This document shows, in pieces, positions 1-9,608 of a stretch of DNA of 41,952 nt (the first letter of the stretch is position 1; each line of letters opens with the position of its first letter). The notes under the pieces were generated by a model. It worked only from the letters and a program-made list of their open reading frames with translations, did no database searches and had not been told where the DNA came from. Source of the DNA: a virus. Its lineage: Duplodnaviria; Caudoviricetes. Position numbers and translations under genes: made by a program. The stretch spans positions 1 to 41,952 of the IMG/VR virus record IMGVR_UViG_3300005326_000711; one strand, given 5' to 3'.

Positions 1-1269
1 TTAAAACAATGATGTGCGTAATTTTAACCATTGACTTTCTAATCCACCTAAAATTTTATTTGTACATTTTATACTATGATCGTTTGTTGATACTAATTGA
101 TATTCTTCGAATGTGGTATAGGATTGACCTATATATAGAATTAAACCTATTACAATCATTGACGAATCGAAAAAGACCCCACCATGAAAACTCCAGTAAT
201 TTTTAATGCTTTTCATTAGTAACTCAGATAACAATTTGTACAAATTGAACTGCTTTTCGTTTAGTTCAAACCATTTAGTTGATATGTGACGTTTATTTTG
301 ATATTCGTTTTCTTTCAATGATTCTTTTGTTTGAACATCAGGTTCTTTTAAAGCTAATTGTAGTCTATGAATCATTCTTCCATAGAAATTACTTATCATG
401 TCAGAAATCCTTACGCATAAATTATCAGTTGAATCGACCTCTATGACATCATGATAAGACTGTGTTTTTGCTGAGTTGAACGTGTTTTTCTCTCTATCTA
501 AAGTTAAGGTTACTTCACTCCTGTCAATATGCTCAGCTACTAAATACTTGTTAAATCCTTTAAAAATAAGTGTATAATCCCATCCATAATCACATTTGAT
601 ATACTCTTCTTTTATCTGCATTTTCTTAATAATTTCTAGAATATTTCTAATAGCTTTATTTTGATCAATTGTGCGTTCATAAGAAGATGTTACAGTAAGA
701 CTATACTCAAGAATTTCAATCAGTTTGTTTTTAACTATTATGGAATTTACCTCTCCATTTTTATTGACCAATTCCATAATAATATCTGGAAACTGATGAT
801 GAAATAAGTATTTGATTAATATGTACTTAAAAGTGGGTATGCTTAAATCCAAACTAACAAAAAGTGATAAATTGATTTCAATCCATTGATTTAAGAATTG
901 TTCTAATAGATACTCAGTTTTACTCTCGATAATAATCTGTAAGAGTATTGACCTTTTTACGAGAATATCAAACAAATCATTGTACATAGAAACTGCATTC
1001 TGATTAAAACTAGCAATTCCATATTCATAATTCTTCGAACTTATTGTGACTCCCTTGAGTTCTTTGTTATCACTCAATCCGAAATTCTTTTTGTGTTTTT
1101 CTTCAAAAATTTTAAAATCGTTCATGATGCAATTTTGAGATTGAGCTTTATAGCCTATAAATGCACCAACGTAAGAATCACTTTTAGATTCATCGTGGAT
1201 ATTTAATTTCCTATTTTTGATTGTGATTTTTCTGTCGTGAAAAGATTCATCATAAAAGAATTTATACAT
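1..1269 (-). CDS. DUF3800-like protein (predicted RNase H-fold nuclease), accessory gene
   Basis: 422 aa; N-terminal FFYDES and C-terminal DS...VRISDMISN match the YxDES...QxAD pattern of DUF3800. Confidence 0.6.
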   Translation of the reverse strand: MYKFFYDESFHDRKITIKNRKLNIHDESKSDSYVGAFIGYKAQSQNCIMNDFKIFEEKHKKNFGLSDNKELKGVTISSKNYEYGIASFNQNAVSMYNDLFDILVKRSILLQIIIESKTEYLLEQFLNQWIEINLSLFVSLDLSIPTFKYILIKYLFHHQFPDIIMELVNKNGEVNSIIVKNKLIEILEYSLTVTSSYERTIDQNKAIRNILEIIKKMQIKEEYIKCDYGWDYTLIFKGFNKYLVAEHIDRSEVTLTLDREKNTFNSAKTQSYHDVIEVDSTDNLCVRISDMISNFYGRMIHRLQLALKEPDVQTKESLKENEYQNKRHISTKWFELNEKQFNLYKLLSELLMKSIKNYWSFHGGVFFDSSMIVIGLILYIGQSYTTFEEYQLVSTNDHSIKCTNKILGGLESQWLKLRTSLF

Positions 1270-1304
1270 ATCACTGGCACCTCAATCTAAAGTTAAAAAA
1301 GCGG

Positions 1305-3725
1305 TTATTTATCTGAAACATCATAATATAAAATATCATCATAACTGTATATGATTTTATACTTGAAAACTATTCTAGCAAAGAAGTATTTATCGGAAAT
1401 TAATTTGAAAAGTTCATCCCTTTCAAGCAATATACTTTTCTCCCCATCAGCACCTTCTTCATATTTGTAAAGCCCATTTACCAATTTGAAATCACGATCA
1501 ATGATGGTGTTAATTTCTTCATTATTAAAGAATCGTAGCGAACTATCTTCTGAAATATACTCAATATTCATTCTAATAGGATTATTTCTCATATACAAAT
1601 CATGAGGTAACCAGAGTTTTTCACCAGCATTAATCTGGTTTATTTCATTAATCAATTTTGATCTCTCTAAATCTGTGTTCAATTCATAAATAAATGCATT
1701 TTTTGTTGTGGGTTTAAACGCAATAATATTATTTAAGTCATCAATGCTGTAAGAGGTTATTTTTTTCTTAATGTCATTAATTTTTGGGTCATTTTTAAAA
1801 TTATCGTGGATTAGCCTATTGATAGATTCAGGAAATCTATCTGCAACAGATTTTATTAAACCATCACTCCATCGAGAATCAAAACTCATTGCAAAATATC
1901 TTTTATCTTCATCAGATAAATCTATATCTTTGTCAATTATCGAAAGTTTTTCAATAGCTTCAATAAAGCCTTTGGAGAGTGTTTGTTTATGTTCACTTAG
2001 TTTGTCTTCATTTACCTTATTTGCAGAAAGTTCGTTTAGTATTGATTCCTTGATATTTTTATTCTTATATTCCCTTAATGCTTTTGTAATTGAATTCCGT
2101 TCCATGTAATCTTCTACAATTTCTCTAGAGTCATAAAAGGAGAATATTGGAAGTTTTTGCTTGGTTATCAATTTATCATCCTTGAACCATTTCTTGTTTA
2201 ATAAAACAGAAAAAGCGTGTGCATCAGCTTCATTTAAAGATGGAAGTTGAACATCCTCACCGCTGTTAAATGAATACGCATGATGATTAATATTTGATAA
2301 GACATAACTTATCCACCAGTCCATCAGAAGCTGTTTTGTGAATGATTTCTCATCTATTATTGATACTATTCTACCACTCGAATGTTTTGGTTCATACCAA
2401 CTAAATCTATTACTATTACAGTCATATATCTGAAGTAACTTAGGTAATATCTCTGATGTTTGGGAACTGTCTAAATAACTAAGTTTATGGTTAAAGATTG
2501 ATTTCCAACTTGCACCATCTGAGTTTAATCCCTCAGAAGGTTTCCCTATGAAATTAACAATTTCATCTTTAAATGATTGTGGTGTGGATGGTTCAAGTTC
2601 AGCTAAATAGTATAAATAAATTGAAACAAAAACCATATATTCGTCTGTACCATATATAGATACTAATCCTTCAAAAGATGAATCACGAAGTATCTCTAAA
2701 AACCATAGTTCATCACTGGATGTAGAATTAACTAACATAGCATTTAAAATTTTGTAATAAAATCTGATAGATCTGTCGTCAACTTTTCCGTATTTCATTT
2801 TCATGAAAATCAGTTGAACCAAATCTGAAAACTCTCTTTGTAGTTTATGATTAATCTCTAAAATTGAAAGTATTTTATGTAGTGCGAACATGGATCTAGT
2901 AATATGATAAAAATGTTCTTCATCACCATAAATATCTAATATATTTAGCTCCACATTTAAACTCAAAATATCTTTTATATTTTTTAATGAAGTATCTACA
3001 GCCTGAATTATATCGATATTTTTGTACTGGTTTTTAACATTATCTATAGTAATTGTATGATTATTAATATAACCAAATAAAAATGTATTTTGAATGTCCA
3101 ATATTTTGTCAAGATAAATTCTGTTTTGTTGGTTGTCATTAGACTCAAGCACTTTATATGCAGAAATTATCCCTTCCGTAAAAATCAAGTTTTGAACTGC
3201 ATTAATCATACTTACTTCATTTGACTGTTTATCAAAATCGATTATTTTAAAATTTTTATGTATGTGCTTTTTTATTATAGACTTTACCTTTTTGTCATTA
3301 CGAATTAAGATAGGAATCTCTTGATTAATAAATACTATTGAGTAAATCACAGAAAAAGTACTTAGAGTCCAAGGTAGAATTTTAAATCCTAAACTGGAAC
3401 TTATATTAAATATGATAAAAAGTACAATCGTTATTATTAACATCTCATGAAAATTATACGCTTTATCACCACGTAGTTTTCTAAAATCAGTATTTTCAAT
3501 TCCATAAATTTGTTCTCTCGGTAGCGATAAAGTAATTGAAAGAATAGTCACTACTAGTGGCAATAAAATCATGACAATATCAGAATTTATTACAATTATC
3601 GAATCAATTTTGTTTTTATAACATGCATCGATGACTATTGAAATTATTGAACAAATGACCATAACAATTTCAAGCCAATAATTTAATACAATTCTTCCAG
3701 TTTCAATTCGCTTTTTATTCTTCAT
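1305..3725 (-). CDS. Hypothetical membrane protein (about 4 N-terminal TM helices, large soluble C-terminal region)
   Basis: 806-aa ORF with hydrophobic segments in aa ~12-135; AT-rich; no recognisable catalytic motif. Confidence 0.75.
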   Translation of the reverse strand: MKNKKRIETGRIVLNYWLEIVMVICSIISIVIDACYKNKIDSIIVINSDIVMILLPLVVTILSITLSLPREQIYGIENTDFRKLRGDKAYNFHEMLIITIVLFIIFNISSSLGFKILPWTLSTFSVIYSIVFINQEIPILIRNDKKVKSIIKKHIHKNFKIIDFDKQSNEVSMINAVQNLIFTEGIISAYKVLESNDNQQNRIYLDKILDIQNTFLFGYINNHTITIDNVKNQYKNIDIIQAVDTSLKNIKDILSLNVELNILDIYGDEEHFYHITRSMFALHKILSILEINHKLQREFSDLVQLIFMKMKYGKVDDRSIRFYYKILNAMLVNSTSSDELWFLEILRDSSFEGLVSIYGTDEYMVFVSIYLYYLAELEPSTPQSFKDEIVNFIGKPSEGLNSDGASWKSIFNHKLSYLDSSQTSEILPKLLQIYDCNSNRFSWYEPKHSSGRIVSIIDEKSFTKQLLMDWWISYVLSNINHHAYSFNSGEDVQLPSLNEADAHAFSVLLNKKWFKDDKLITKQKLPIFSFYDSREIVEDYMERNSITKALREYKNKNIKESILNELSANKVNEDKLSEHKQTLSKGFIEAIEKLSIIDKDIDLSDEDKRYFAMSFDSRWSDGLIKSVADRFPESINRLIHDNFKNDPKINDIKKKITSYSIDDLNNIIAFKPTTKNAFIYELNTDLERSKLINEINQINAGEKLWLPHDLYMRNNPIRMNIEYISEDSSLRFFNNEEINTIIDRDFKLVNGLYKYEEGADGEKSILLERDELFKLISDKYFFARIVFKYKIIYSYDDILYYDVSDK

Positions 3726-3782
3726 TATATCCCACCCTAAATTATTTATTCATTTCGTAAATATATTGACACCATTGTATAT

Positions 3783-3791
3783 ATTATATCA
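3783..3791 (-). promoter_or_regulatory. Putative extended -10 promoter (TGaTATAAT) for the 806-aa/DUF3800 unit
   Basis: TGATATAAT on the minus strand about 60 bp upstream of the start at 3725, just after the late-operon terminator. Confidence 0.45.
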
Positions 3792-3811
3792 CGCTGATAT
3801 ACCTTCTCTTT

Positions 3812-3851
3812 TATAAAAAAATAGGCTAGTTCTATTTTTTAGAACTAGCCT
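3812..3851 (-). terminator. Rho-independent terminator ending the late (tail/lysis) operon
   Basis: Perfect 12-bp stem AGGCTAGTTCTA (3823-3834)/TAGAACTAGCCT (3840-3851), followed by a T-tract on the minus strand, directly after the holin stop. Confidence 0.85.
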
Positions 3852-3858
3852 GAGTTGA

Positions 3859-4239
3859 TTATTTGAATTTAAGTAGATTGATTGTTGATTCAATTTGATT
3901 CGTAATATATGCGTTTAAATCGCCATAATTGTTCACTATGAACTCTTTTGCTTCTATATCAAGTTCACGCATGACTTCTTGTTTAGCGATGACCAATGCC
4001 TTTTTTTGTGCTTCTTTATCAAAGGTACCACTCTTCTTCAGCGATTCGACATAAGTCTGAAATACGACTCTTACAGCTCGCTCTACAGAGGTTGCTATCG
4101 ATGTTAATATACGCTTCGCATTTTCATCATTAATCTTGCTGTTAAGATATTGTATCAACTTTGTCCCACCTAAAGTGATGAGAGGTAACACAACTGTCGT
4201 TACAACTATACTAATAATAGATGTGATGATTTCGTTCAT
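3859..4239 (-). CDS. Phage holin (LL-H-like)
   Basis: 126 aa; single N-terminal TM helix, 'VERAV..V.Q' and 'IESTI' features typical of LL-H holins; last gene of the late operon. Confidence 0.65.
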   Translation of the reverse strand: MNEIITSIISIVVTTVVLPLITLGGTKLIQYLNSKINDENAKRILTSIATSVERAVRVVFQTYVESLKKSGTFDKEAQKKALVIAKQEVMRELDIEAKEFIVNNYGDLNAYITNQIESTINLLKFK

Positions 4240-4538
4240 ATGTTCCTGGTCTCCTTAACACTACTATTTCTTTTGGATAAGTTTTTGACGTCGTTTTCTA
4301 GGATGGACACTCGAGTATTTAAATCAGTAAAACCGTTATCCAGTTTATCTAGCCTTTTCTCAATACGTTCAGTACTAGATTTGATGTATCCTAAGTCTGA
4401 TATTAAGATACCTTCATTCTTTCCAGCTACTTTATCTTCTTTTCTATCCGCTCTTCGAAATGCAAGGTATGCGAATAGAATGCTAGAAAATGTGCCAGTT
4501 ACACCAATGATCATCAACGTTACTTCAAGTTCACTCAT
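4236..4538 (-). CDS. Small TM plus coiled-coil lysis-module protein (XhlA/BhlA holin-like)
   Basis: N-terminal TM helix followed by a heptad coil (IEKRLDKLD...RVSILE); ATG at 4538 preferred over 4553. Confidence 0.55.
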   Translation of the reverse strand: MSELEVTLMIIGVTGTFSSILFAYLAFRRADRKEDKVAGKNEGILISDLGYIKSSTERIEKRLDKLDNGFTDLNTRVSILENDVKNLSKRNSSVKETRNI

Positions 4539-5193
4539 TCTGAAATTCCCCATTTCTAATGTCTTTAATCTCTTGTAGATACTGTTTTAAGGTAACCAGG
4601 TATGAAGTATCACTCGTTTTATCCCAATTCGTTTTGAGCTCATTAATACGCTTAATCCAATCTTCTGATAAGGTAAGTGTGTACTTTCCACTTCGTATAT
4701 AGTTATCCAAGATTGCTCTGATTCTTAGGATGTGATAGGCTCGTTTTACGAGCATATTATCTTTATTGATTATTTGATCATAGTACTCAATAACTGTATC
4801 TAAAAACTTGTCTAAACGAGAGCTAAAATCAGCATCAACTAGTGCCTCAAATTCGCTAGTAAACAATGGATTGATGAAGATGGTATGCTCTCTTGCATTA
4901 ATGATGTCATCGGCATGAAGTCTATTGTATAAAGGAATGTCTGCATCCATTTCTTGTCGTTTGCGAAAATCGTGGTATCCATAACCAAAGATATCAATCC
5001 CTTCAATTGAGGTATGAATCAAACCCTTAAACCCATGGAGAACAACCGTGATATCAATATCTGAGTTGGATGAAACTGTGTTATATGCGATGGATCCACA
5101 ATAATACATAAACATGACCTCATGTTCTGGAAACATATTGATGACTATATTTTTAAGTCTTTCATTATCAAAAATTGTGTTATTCGGATTCAT
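4531..5193 (-). CDS. Pol-beta superfamily nucleotidyltransferase
   Basis: GSIAYNTVSSNSDIDI gives the GS-x10-DxD motif; third Asp in IDIF; helical C-terminal domain with KRAYHILR. Confidence 0.8.
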   Translation of the reverse strand: MNPNNTIFDNERLKNIVINMFPEHEVMFMYYCGSIAYNTVSSNSDIDITVVLHGFKGLIHTSIEGIDIFGYGYHDFRKRQEMDADIPLYNRLHADDIINAREHTIFINPLFTSEFEALVDADFSSRLDKFLDTVIEYYDQIINKDNMLVKRAYHILRIRAILDNYIRSGKYTLTLSEDWIKRINELKTNWDKTSDTSYLVTLKQYLQEIKDIRNGEFQNE

Positions 5194-5497
5194 GTGCTAT
5201 TCCCTCCAATACATCAAAATCATCGATGGATTCATCAAATCCATTGACATTTTCCTTTAGCCAAAGGTACGCTAATGCAACCGGATTTTCATCTTTAAAC
5301 AAATCAAAGTCATTGGTTGGTACTTCGATGTCAACTGCTTCTAGGGGGTTAAATCCATTTGCTCTTTTATCTTTGTCTAAATAGGATGCTAAGCAAATAA
5401 CAACTTTCTTGTCACGGTAGTTGAGATTGATTCCAATAATGCGATGGTAGGTAACGCTAATTCCTACACGAGATTCTAAACTTTTAATGATGGCCAT
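5180..5497 (-). CDS. Hypothetical phage protein, possible tail-fibre chaperone
   Basis: 105 aa, coupled to the fibre genes; YHRI...ASY...AYLWLK pattern seen in small tail-associated proteins. Confidence 0.5.
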   Translation of the reverse strand: MAIIKSLESRVGISVTYHRIIGINLNYRDKKVVICLASYLDKDKRANGFNPLEAVDIEVPTNDFDLFKDENPVALAYLWLKENVNGFDESIDDFDVLEGIAHESE

Positions 5498-5498
5498 T

Positions 5499-6182
5499 TT
5501 ATGTCCTCTTCTTTCTATAAATTGATACTTGTAATGTGTCAGGTGACCCCAGGTTTAGTCCAGGATTTAAGTATAATCTTCCAATATCACCATCTATAAC
5601 ATGAACGAACTCTGCCATTGCAACCGTAGGACTTGAATCATCGGATAGTGATGAAATTGATTTTCCTTTAGCAATCCAAGTGTAGGTGGTTGTTGTGTTT
5701 GACTGAAATGTAGGGATTAACTCAAATGAGATTGTCTTTGTGATTCCGTAGGTGGGTGTTTTACTTCCAGAGAATTGATCATTGATATAAAAGGTACTTG
5801 CAGCTCTACCACTCGTTCTCGTGAGACCAGTATTGTAATCATCATCGTATCTGAGACTCATGTAACTCCCCAATAAGTATGAACCGCTTGAGTTCATGTA
5901 GCTGATATAGGATGTGGACGTATCACTCATAGTTCCAGCGGTTGATGCCAAAATGTAAACCTCATAGATATAGTTGTTATCAAAAGCATGATATACCGTA
6001 TGATAGTAAAGACTTCCTTGATACGAATAAACGAGTTCTCCAGTTCCCCCAACTTTAATGATGGAAGAATTTCCTCTAATAAAGAGTTCATTGGTCGTGG
6101 TATTAAATCCCATCTCACCCACATAGTTCAGTGTTGAAGTGGTTGGGTTAGCGGTTCCTCTTTTAACTCGAATGATGGGCAT
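5499..6182 (-). CDS. Tail fibre / receptor-binding protein with Mtd_N-like N-terminus
   Basis: MPIIRVKRGT...GEMGFNTTTNELFI resembles the major-tropism-determinant/hyaluronidase N-terminal motif; S/T/Y-rich beta C-terminal region. Confidence 0.6.
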   Translation of the reverse strand: MPIIRVKRGTANPTTSTLNYVGEMGFNTTTNELFIRGNSSIIKVGGTGELVYSYQGSLYYHTVYHAFDNNYIYEVYILASTAGTMSDTSTSYISYMNSSGSYLLGSYMSLRYDDDYNTGLTRTSGRAASTFYINDQFSGSKTPTYGITKTISFELIPTFQSNTTTTYTWIAKGKSISSLSDDSSPTVAMAEFVHVIDGDIGRLYLNPGLNLGSPDTLQVSIYRKKRT

Positions 6183-6868
6183 TAATAGGTTCCACCATCG
6201 ATGATGGATGCATGTGTTAAGACAACATCCTTATCTAGACCTATGAAGAAGATTTCCTTGTTTGGGGTATAGGTTGTGTTTATTTCTTTAAAAAGAACCA
6301 AGCCTGATGTAATTGTTTTTGCCAAGAAATTTACTTTTGTATCAGTGAAAACCATCGCTGTACTAGCTGATACCGACACGTTTTTAACGTTTGCTATACG
6401 AGTTCTTTGATCATCAGTTAAATGAAGATTGCTAGACACGTGAGCATTATAGGTTGTTGTTGTTACCCCACCCAGTTCGGATAATGTAATCGTTACGGCA
6501 CCAGTTTTGGCATTAACAGATGTTACAGGGCTTACATCCGGTATGATGGATGATGGTAATTTTCCATCTGCTCCAATCAGTGGAACAGTGCCATTTGTTG
6601 TACCTGTATTTTTCTTCGATGCAGTACCAAGAGCGAGTGCAGTGATTTTAGTATCCATACTTGATTCAGCATTCGCTTTATTCAAGTATTCAATATAATC
6701 AGTTGTTGCTAATGGGTTTCCAGCAGTCCCTGTCTTGTCTTGCTTAGATATAAAGAGATTGCCTCCGTTTAAGTCTACAAGTGGTTCACCTGCTTTAATT
6801 GTTCCAGTAGATCCAATAAGCGGACCTGTTCCAGCTGAAGTACGACGTTTAATTTGAATGATTGCCAT
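6182..6868 (-). CDS. Tail fibre protein with Mtd_N-like N-terminus
   Basis: MAIIQIKRR...GEPLVD...LFI; fibre motifs LGADGKLPSSIIP and VTSVNAKTGAVTI; C-terminal IDGGTY. Confidence 0.65.
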   Translation of the reverse strand: MAIIQIKRRTSAGTGPLIGSTGTIKAGEPLVDLNGGNLFISKQDKTGTAGNPLATTDYIEYLNKANAESSMDTKITALALGTASKKNTGTTNGTVPLIGADGKLPSSIIPDVSPVTSVNAKTGAVTITLSELGGVTTTTYNAHVSSNLHLTDDQRTRIANVKNVSVSASTAMVFTDTKVNFLAKTITSGLVLFKEINTTYTPNKEIFFIGLDKDVVLTHASIIDGGTY

Positions 6869-6885
6869 ATTAATATTTCCCTTCT

Positions 6886-7662
6886 TTAGTGTCTATAAAT
6901 GATGACTTTTGAAATGGTGTGAGATGTACTACCACAAGTCAATGTTAGATTTCCGCCTTCATAGCGAAGATTTAGTGAGTAGAAATTCCCATAGTATTGA
7001 TAATTCACACTGTTAGATGAACCAATTTGATAAAACAGACTTGTTCCTGGAAAAGTGATAACCAATGTTCCAATCGATACGATGATTAATGATCTACTCA
7101 GTTCGTAAGATGAAGTGCCGCTGATTCTGTAGACTCCAGGTGAAACCGTTGTCGGAGTCATGACTTTCGGTTCGGAATCAGACCGTATTTTTTGTTCAAG
7201 ATTAGAAACCACTTCTGCATTTGAGATAATCGTTGGTCTTTCATATCCAGGTGTTAGTGTTACGGATGTGGATGTTTTGCTATATGATGCAAGTGGAAAT
7301 TCATAAAGTCCATCCACTAGATTCAATTGAGTAGTTATTAGTAAAGGGAATCCTCCGCTGAGTTCTTTCAAATAAAGACTCACTTCATTTGTAATTGTGT
7401 TTACTCCTAAAATGACATAACCATTCTTTATGGAATCTGGACTCACTTGAACGGATGTGTTCCCTTCAACATAAATTAACCGTCCAAAAATGGCTACGTA
7501 GCCATCTTGAAAAGTAATGGTATTATTCGCCAAGGTATAGGTAACTCCGCTCTTAATCCCCTTAAGAACACCTGTACGATGCGATAATAGAAAGTAATAC
7601 AGATCAGCATCTTTTTTGGCAGAAACATTGCCACCTTCAAATGTTATTTTTTGTAGCCCCAT
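6886..7662 (-). CDS. Baseplate / minor tail protein
   Basis: 258 aa directly after the Tal-like gene; G.AIFGR and YEFPLA motifs of siphophage baseplate proteins. Confidence 0.55.
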   Translation of the reverse strand: MGLQKITFEGGNVSAKKDADLYYFLLSHRTGVLKGIKSGVTYTLANNTITFQDGYVAIFGRLIYVEGNTSVQVSPDSIKNGYVILGVNTITNEVSLYLKELSGGFPLLITTQLNLVDGLYEFPLASYSKTSTSVTLTPGYERPTIISNAEVVSNLEQKIRSDSEPKVMTPTTVSPGVYRISGTSSYELSRSLIIVSIGTLVITFPGTSLFYQIGSSNSVNYQYYGNFYSLNLRYEGGNLTLTCGSTSHTISKVIIYRH

Positions 7663-8783
7663 TAAAATTCTCCTCCATCTAAATCAGTAATGCTGCTTTT
7701 ATTAATTGAAATATGTCCTATTTGATTATTGACACTTTTACTAAGGATTTGGATTTTCTCAGTTAACTTGACTCGATATTCACCTAATGTGATTTGGCAA
7801 GATTGAAGTTGGTTCTGAAACCGAAGTCCAGTGATAATTGAATCATACGTTTTACCTTTAGAACGAAACTCAACAAAGTCACCAATATTAGTGTTATCAA
7901 ATACACGAATTATCTTATGACTCATGGATACCGTAAACGTAATTTGATGATTGGTTCTAGTGACATTCAACTCACTTTGGGCTTTCCCGAGTAGTGTGTC
8001 ATATTCTGAATCATTATATGTTTTCGTTATTGATTGAACATTATGATACCTAAGATGGTGCGTGGCATCTTCTGTAATTGTACCGTCTGTTAAAAGATAA
8101 AATGTTCGTGTTTCAGTAAAGAGTATATTTTCATTTTTAGGGTAGTATATGACCTTATTCACTGATGTTTCAGTTGTGTCGTTAATAACTAAATCGCTTA
8201 GTCCTAACTGATCAGACTTTATCCTAATCCCTTGATTCACGTTAACAATTCGAAGCAGGACACCCATCAATTTCCCATTCACAATCACAATTTCTTCTTT
8301 GATATTGACCCCATAGCTTTTCGATATGAGTTCAATCACCTCATAAATGGTCATTATTTTATCTGCTTCAAATGATAAATCTCCCATTTTTGATGTTTCT
8401 TTGCTAATACTTAAGTATGAGATATTCTCCAAACCATCAGTATTTATAATGAACTCGTTTCTAATTAGTGTTTCGATATAATTTGAAAGGTTTCCAGAGT
8501 AAGATTCAACTTTGACACTTCTTTTCAAGATTTCCTTAAACTCTATCGTTCCAATAATCAGTCCATCATCAGCGTTGTCAATACTCTCGATAATTCCTAA
8601 GTAATCAAATCCATCTGTATGGAGATAGACAATATCTTTTGGCGTTGCATCAATTGATATCGACGAAACGTTAAAGGTAGATTTTTGAGAGATAACTAAA
8701 TCTAATTTAATTTCGAACTCTCTAGAAATTGAAACATGGTCTTTAATCTGAAAATTAATTCTATCAAGGATAATAAGTTCCAT
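7662..8783 (-). CDS. Tal / baseplate hub protein (Gp37-like)
   Basis: 373 aa, follows Dit; C-terminal IGDFV...ITLG motif. Confidence 0.6.
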   Translation of the reverse strand: MELIILDRINFQIKDHVSISREFEIKLDLVISQKSTFNVSSISIDATPKDIVYLHTDGFDYLGIIESIDNADDGLIIGTIEFKEILKRSVKVESYSGNLSNYIETLIRNEFIINTDGLENISYLSISKETSKMGDLSFEADKIMTIYEVIELISKSYGVNIKEEIVIVNGKLMGVLLRIVNVNQGIRIKSDQLGLSDLVINDTTETSVNKVIYYPKNENILFTETRTFYLLTDGTITEDATHHLRYHNVQSITKTYNDSEYDTLLGKAQSELNVTRTNHQITFTVSMSHKIIRVFDNTNIGDFVEFRSKGKTYDSIITGLRFQNQLQSCQITLGEYRVKLTEKIQILSKSVNNQIGHISINKSSITDLDGGEF

Positions 8784-8786
8784 AGA

Positions 8787-9608
8787 TTACCCCAAATAAT
8801 ATTCATAGATTTTTATTTTGCAGGTGGTTGAACTTGGTACCCCAGGTTTAAATTCAAACGCTACTGCACCAGGTTCTACTGAGAGAAAGTTATCTTTTTC
8901 AAAATCTTGAAATTGATAAATGTCATAAGCAATTCCATCCACCACTTCTACCATGGATAAATCATGAATCAAACTTGACACAATGATTTGACTATTCTGT
9001 CGATTGATGAGTAATCTTAAGTGGTTTTTGACTAGATCATTTTGTCTTACAATCAATTCAGGCTCTTCCATAGCACCAGTGATTTCGATAATCATATTTG
9101 CTTTGAGATGTCCACCTATTTGAGTGTTAATCATACCTTGTGAAGCATTTGCGTACGTAAATTCATATGAATAAGGATAAACTTTTCCACCACCATCCAC
9201 ATTAGCAGTAATCATGAAGTGATGTTCTTTAATCCAATAAGACTTTTTGTTTAACACAATTTCTGACTGCAACCCACCCGCTTTTAGTTCTGATTTTGAG
9301 AGATGTACAATATCAACAAAGCAATATTTCACGTCATGACTTTCATAGAATAGTTTCAAATCGTGCTGTCCTTTTTCAAGAAACTGCATGAATTTATAAT
9401 AGCCATGATATCCATCAAGAAAGGTAATCACAGCTTTGATTTCTGATAACTCAAAGTTATTTTTCAGAGTTGTGTAGTGAATATCATGTTTTAGGTAACT
9501 ATAGTTTTTAGAAAAACCTAATCCGTTAACACCAGTTAGTAACACTTTATTAAAGTATGTGAAATGAAATCTCTCTCCATATTGATTCTCTAGGAGGAAA
9601 ACTCTCAT
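8787..9608 (-). CDS. Distal tail protein (Dit)
   Basis: 273 aa immediately after the tape measure; GLGF and YPYSYEFTY motifs typical of Dit. Confidence 0.65.
   Translation of the reverse strand: MRVFLLENQYGERFHFTYFNKVLLTGVNGLGFSKNYSYLKHDIHYTTLKNNFELSEIKAVITFLDGYHGYYKFMQFLEKGQHDLKLFYESHDVKYCFVDIVHLSKSELKAGGLQSEIVLNKKSYWIKEHHFMITANVDGGGKVYPYSYEFTYANASQGMINTQIGGHLKANMIIEITGAMEEPELIVRQNDLVKNHLRLLINRQNSQIIVSSLIHDLSMVEVVDGIAYDIYQFQDFEKDNFLSVEPGAVAFEFKPGVPSSTTCKIKIYEYYLG

Noticed and set aside
5499-6868. Diversity-generating retroelement suggested by the Mtd-like N-termini
   Set aside because: No reverse transcriptase and no template/variable repeat pair differing at adenines was seen.
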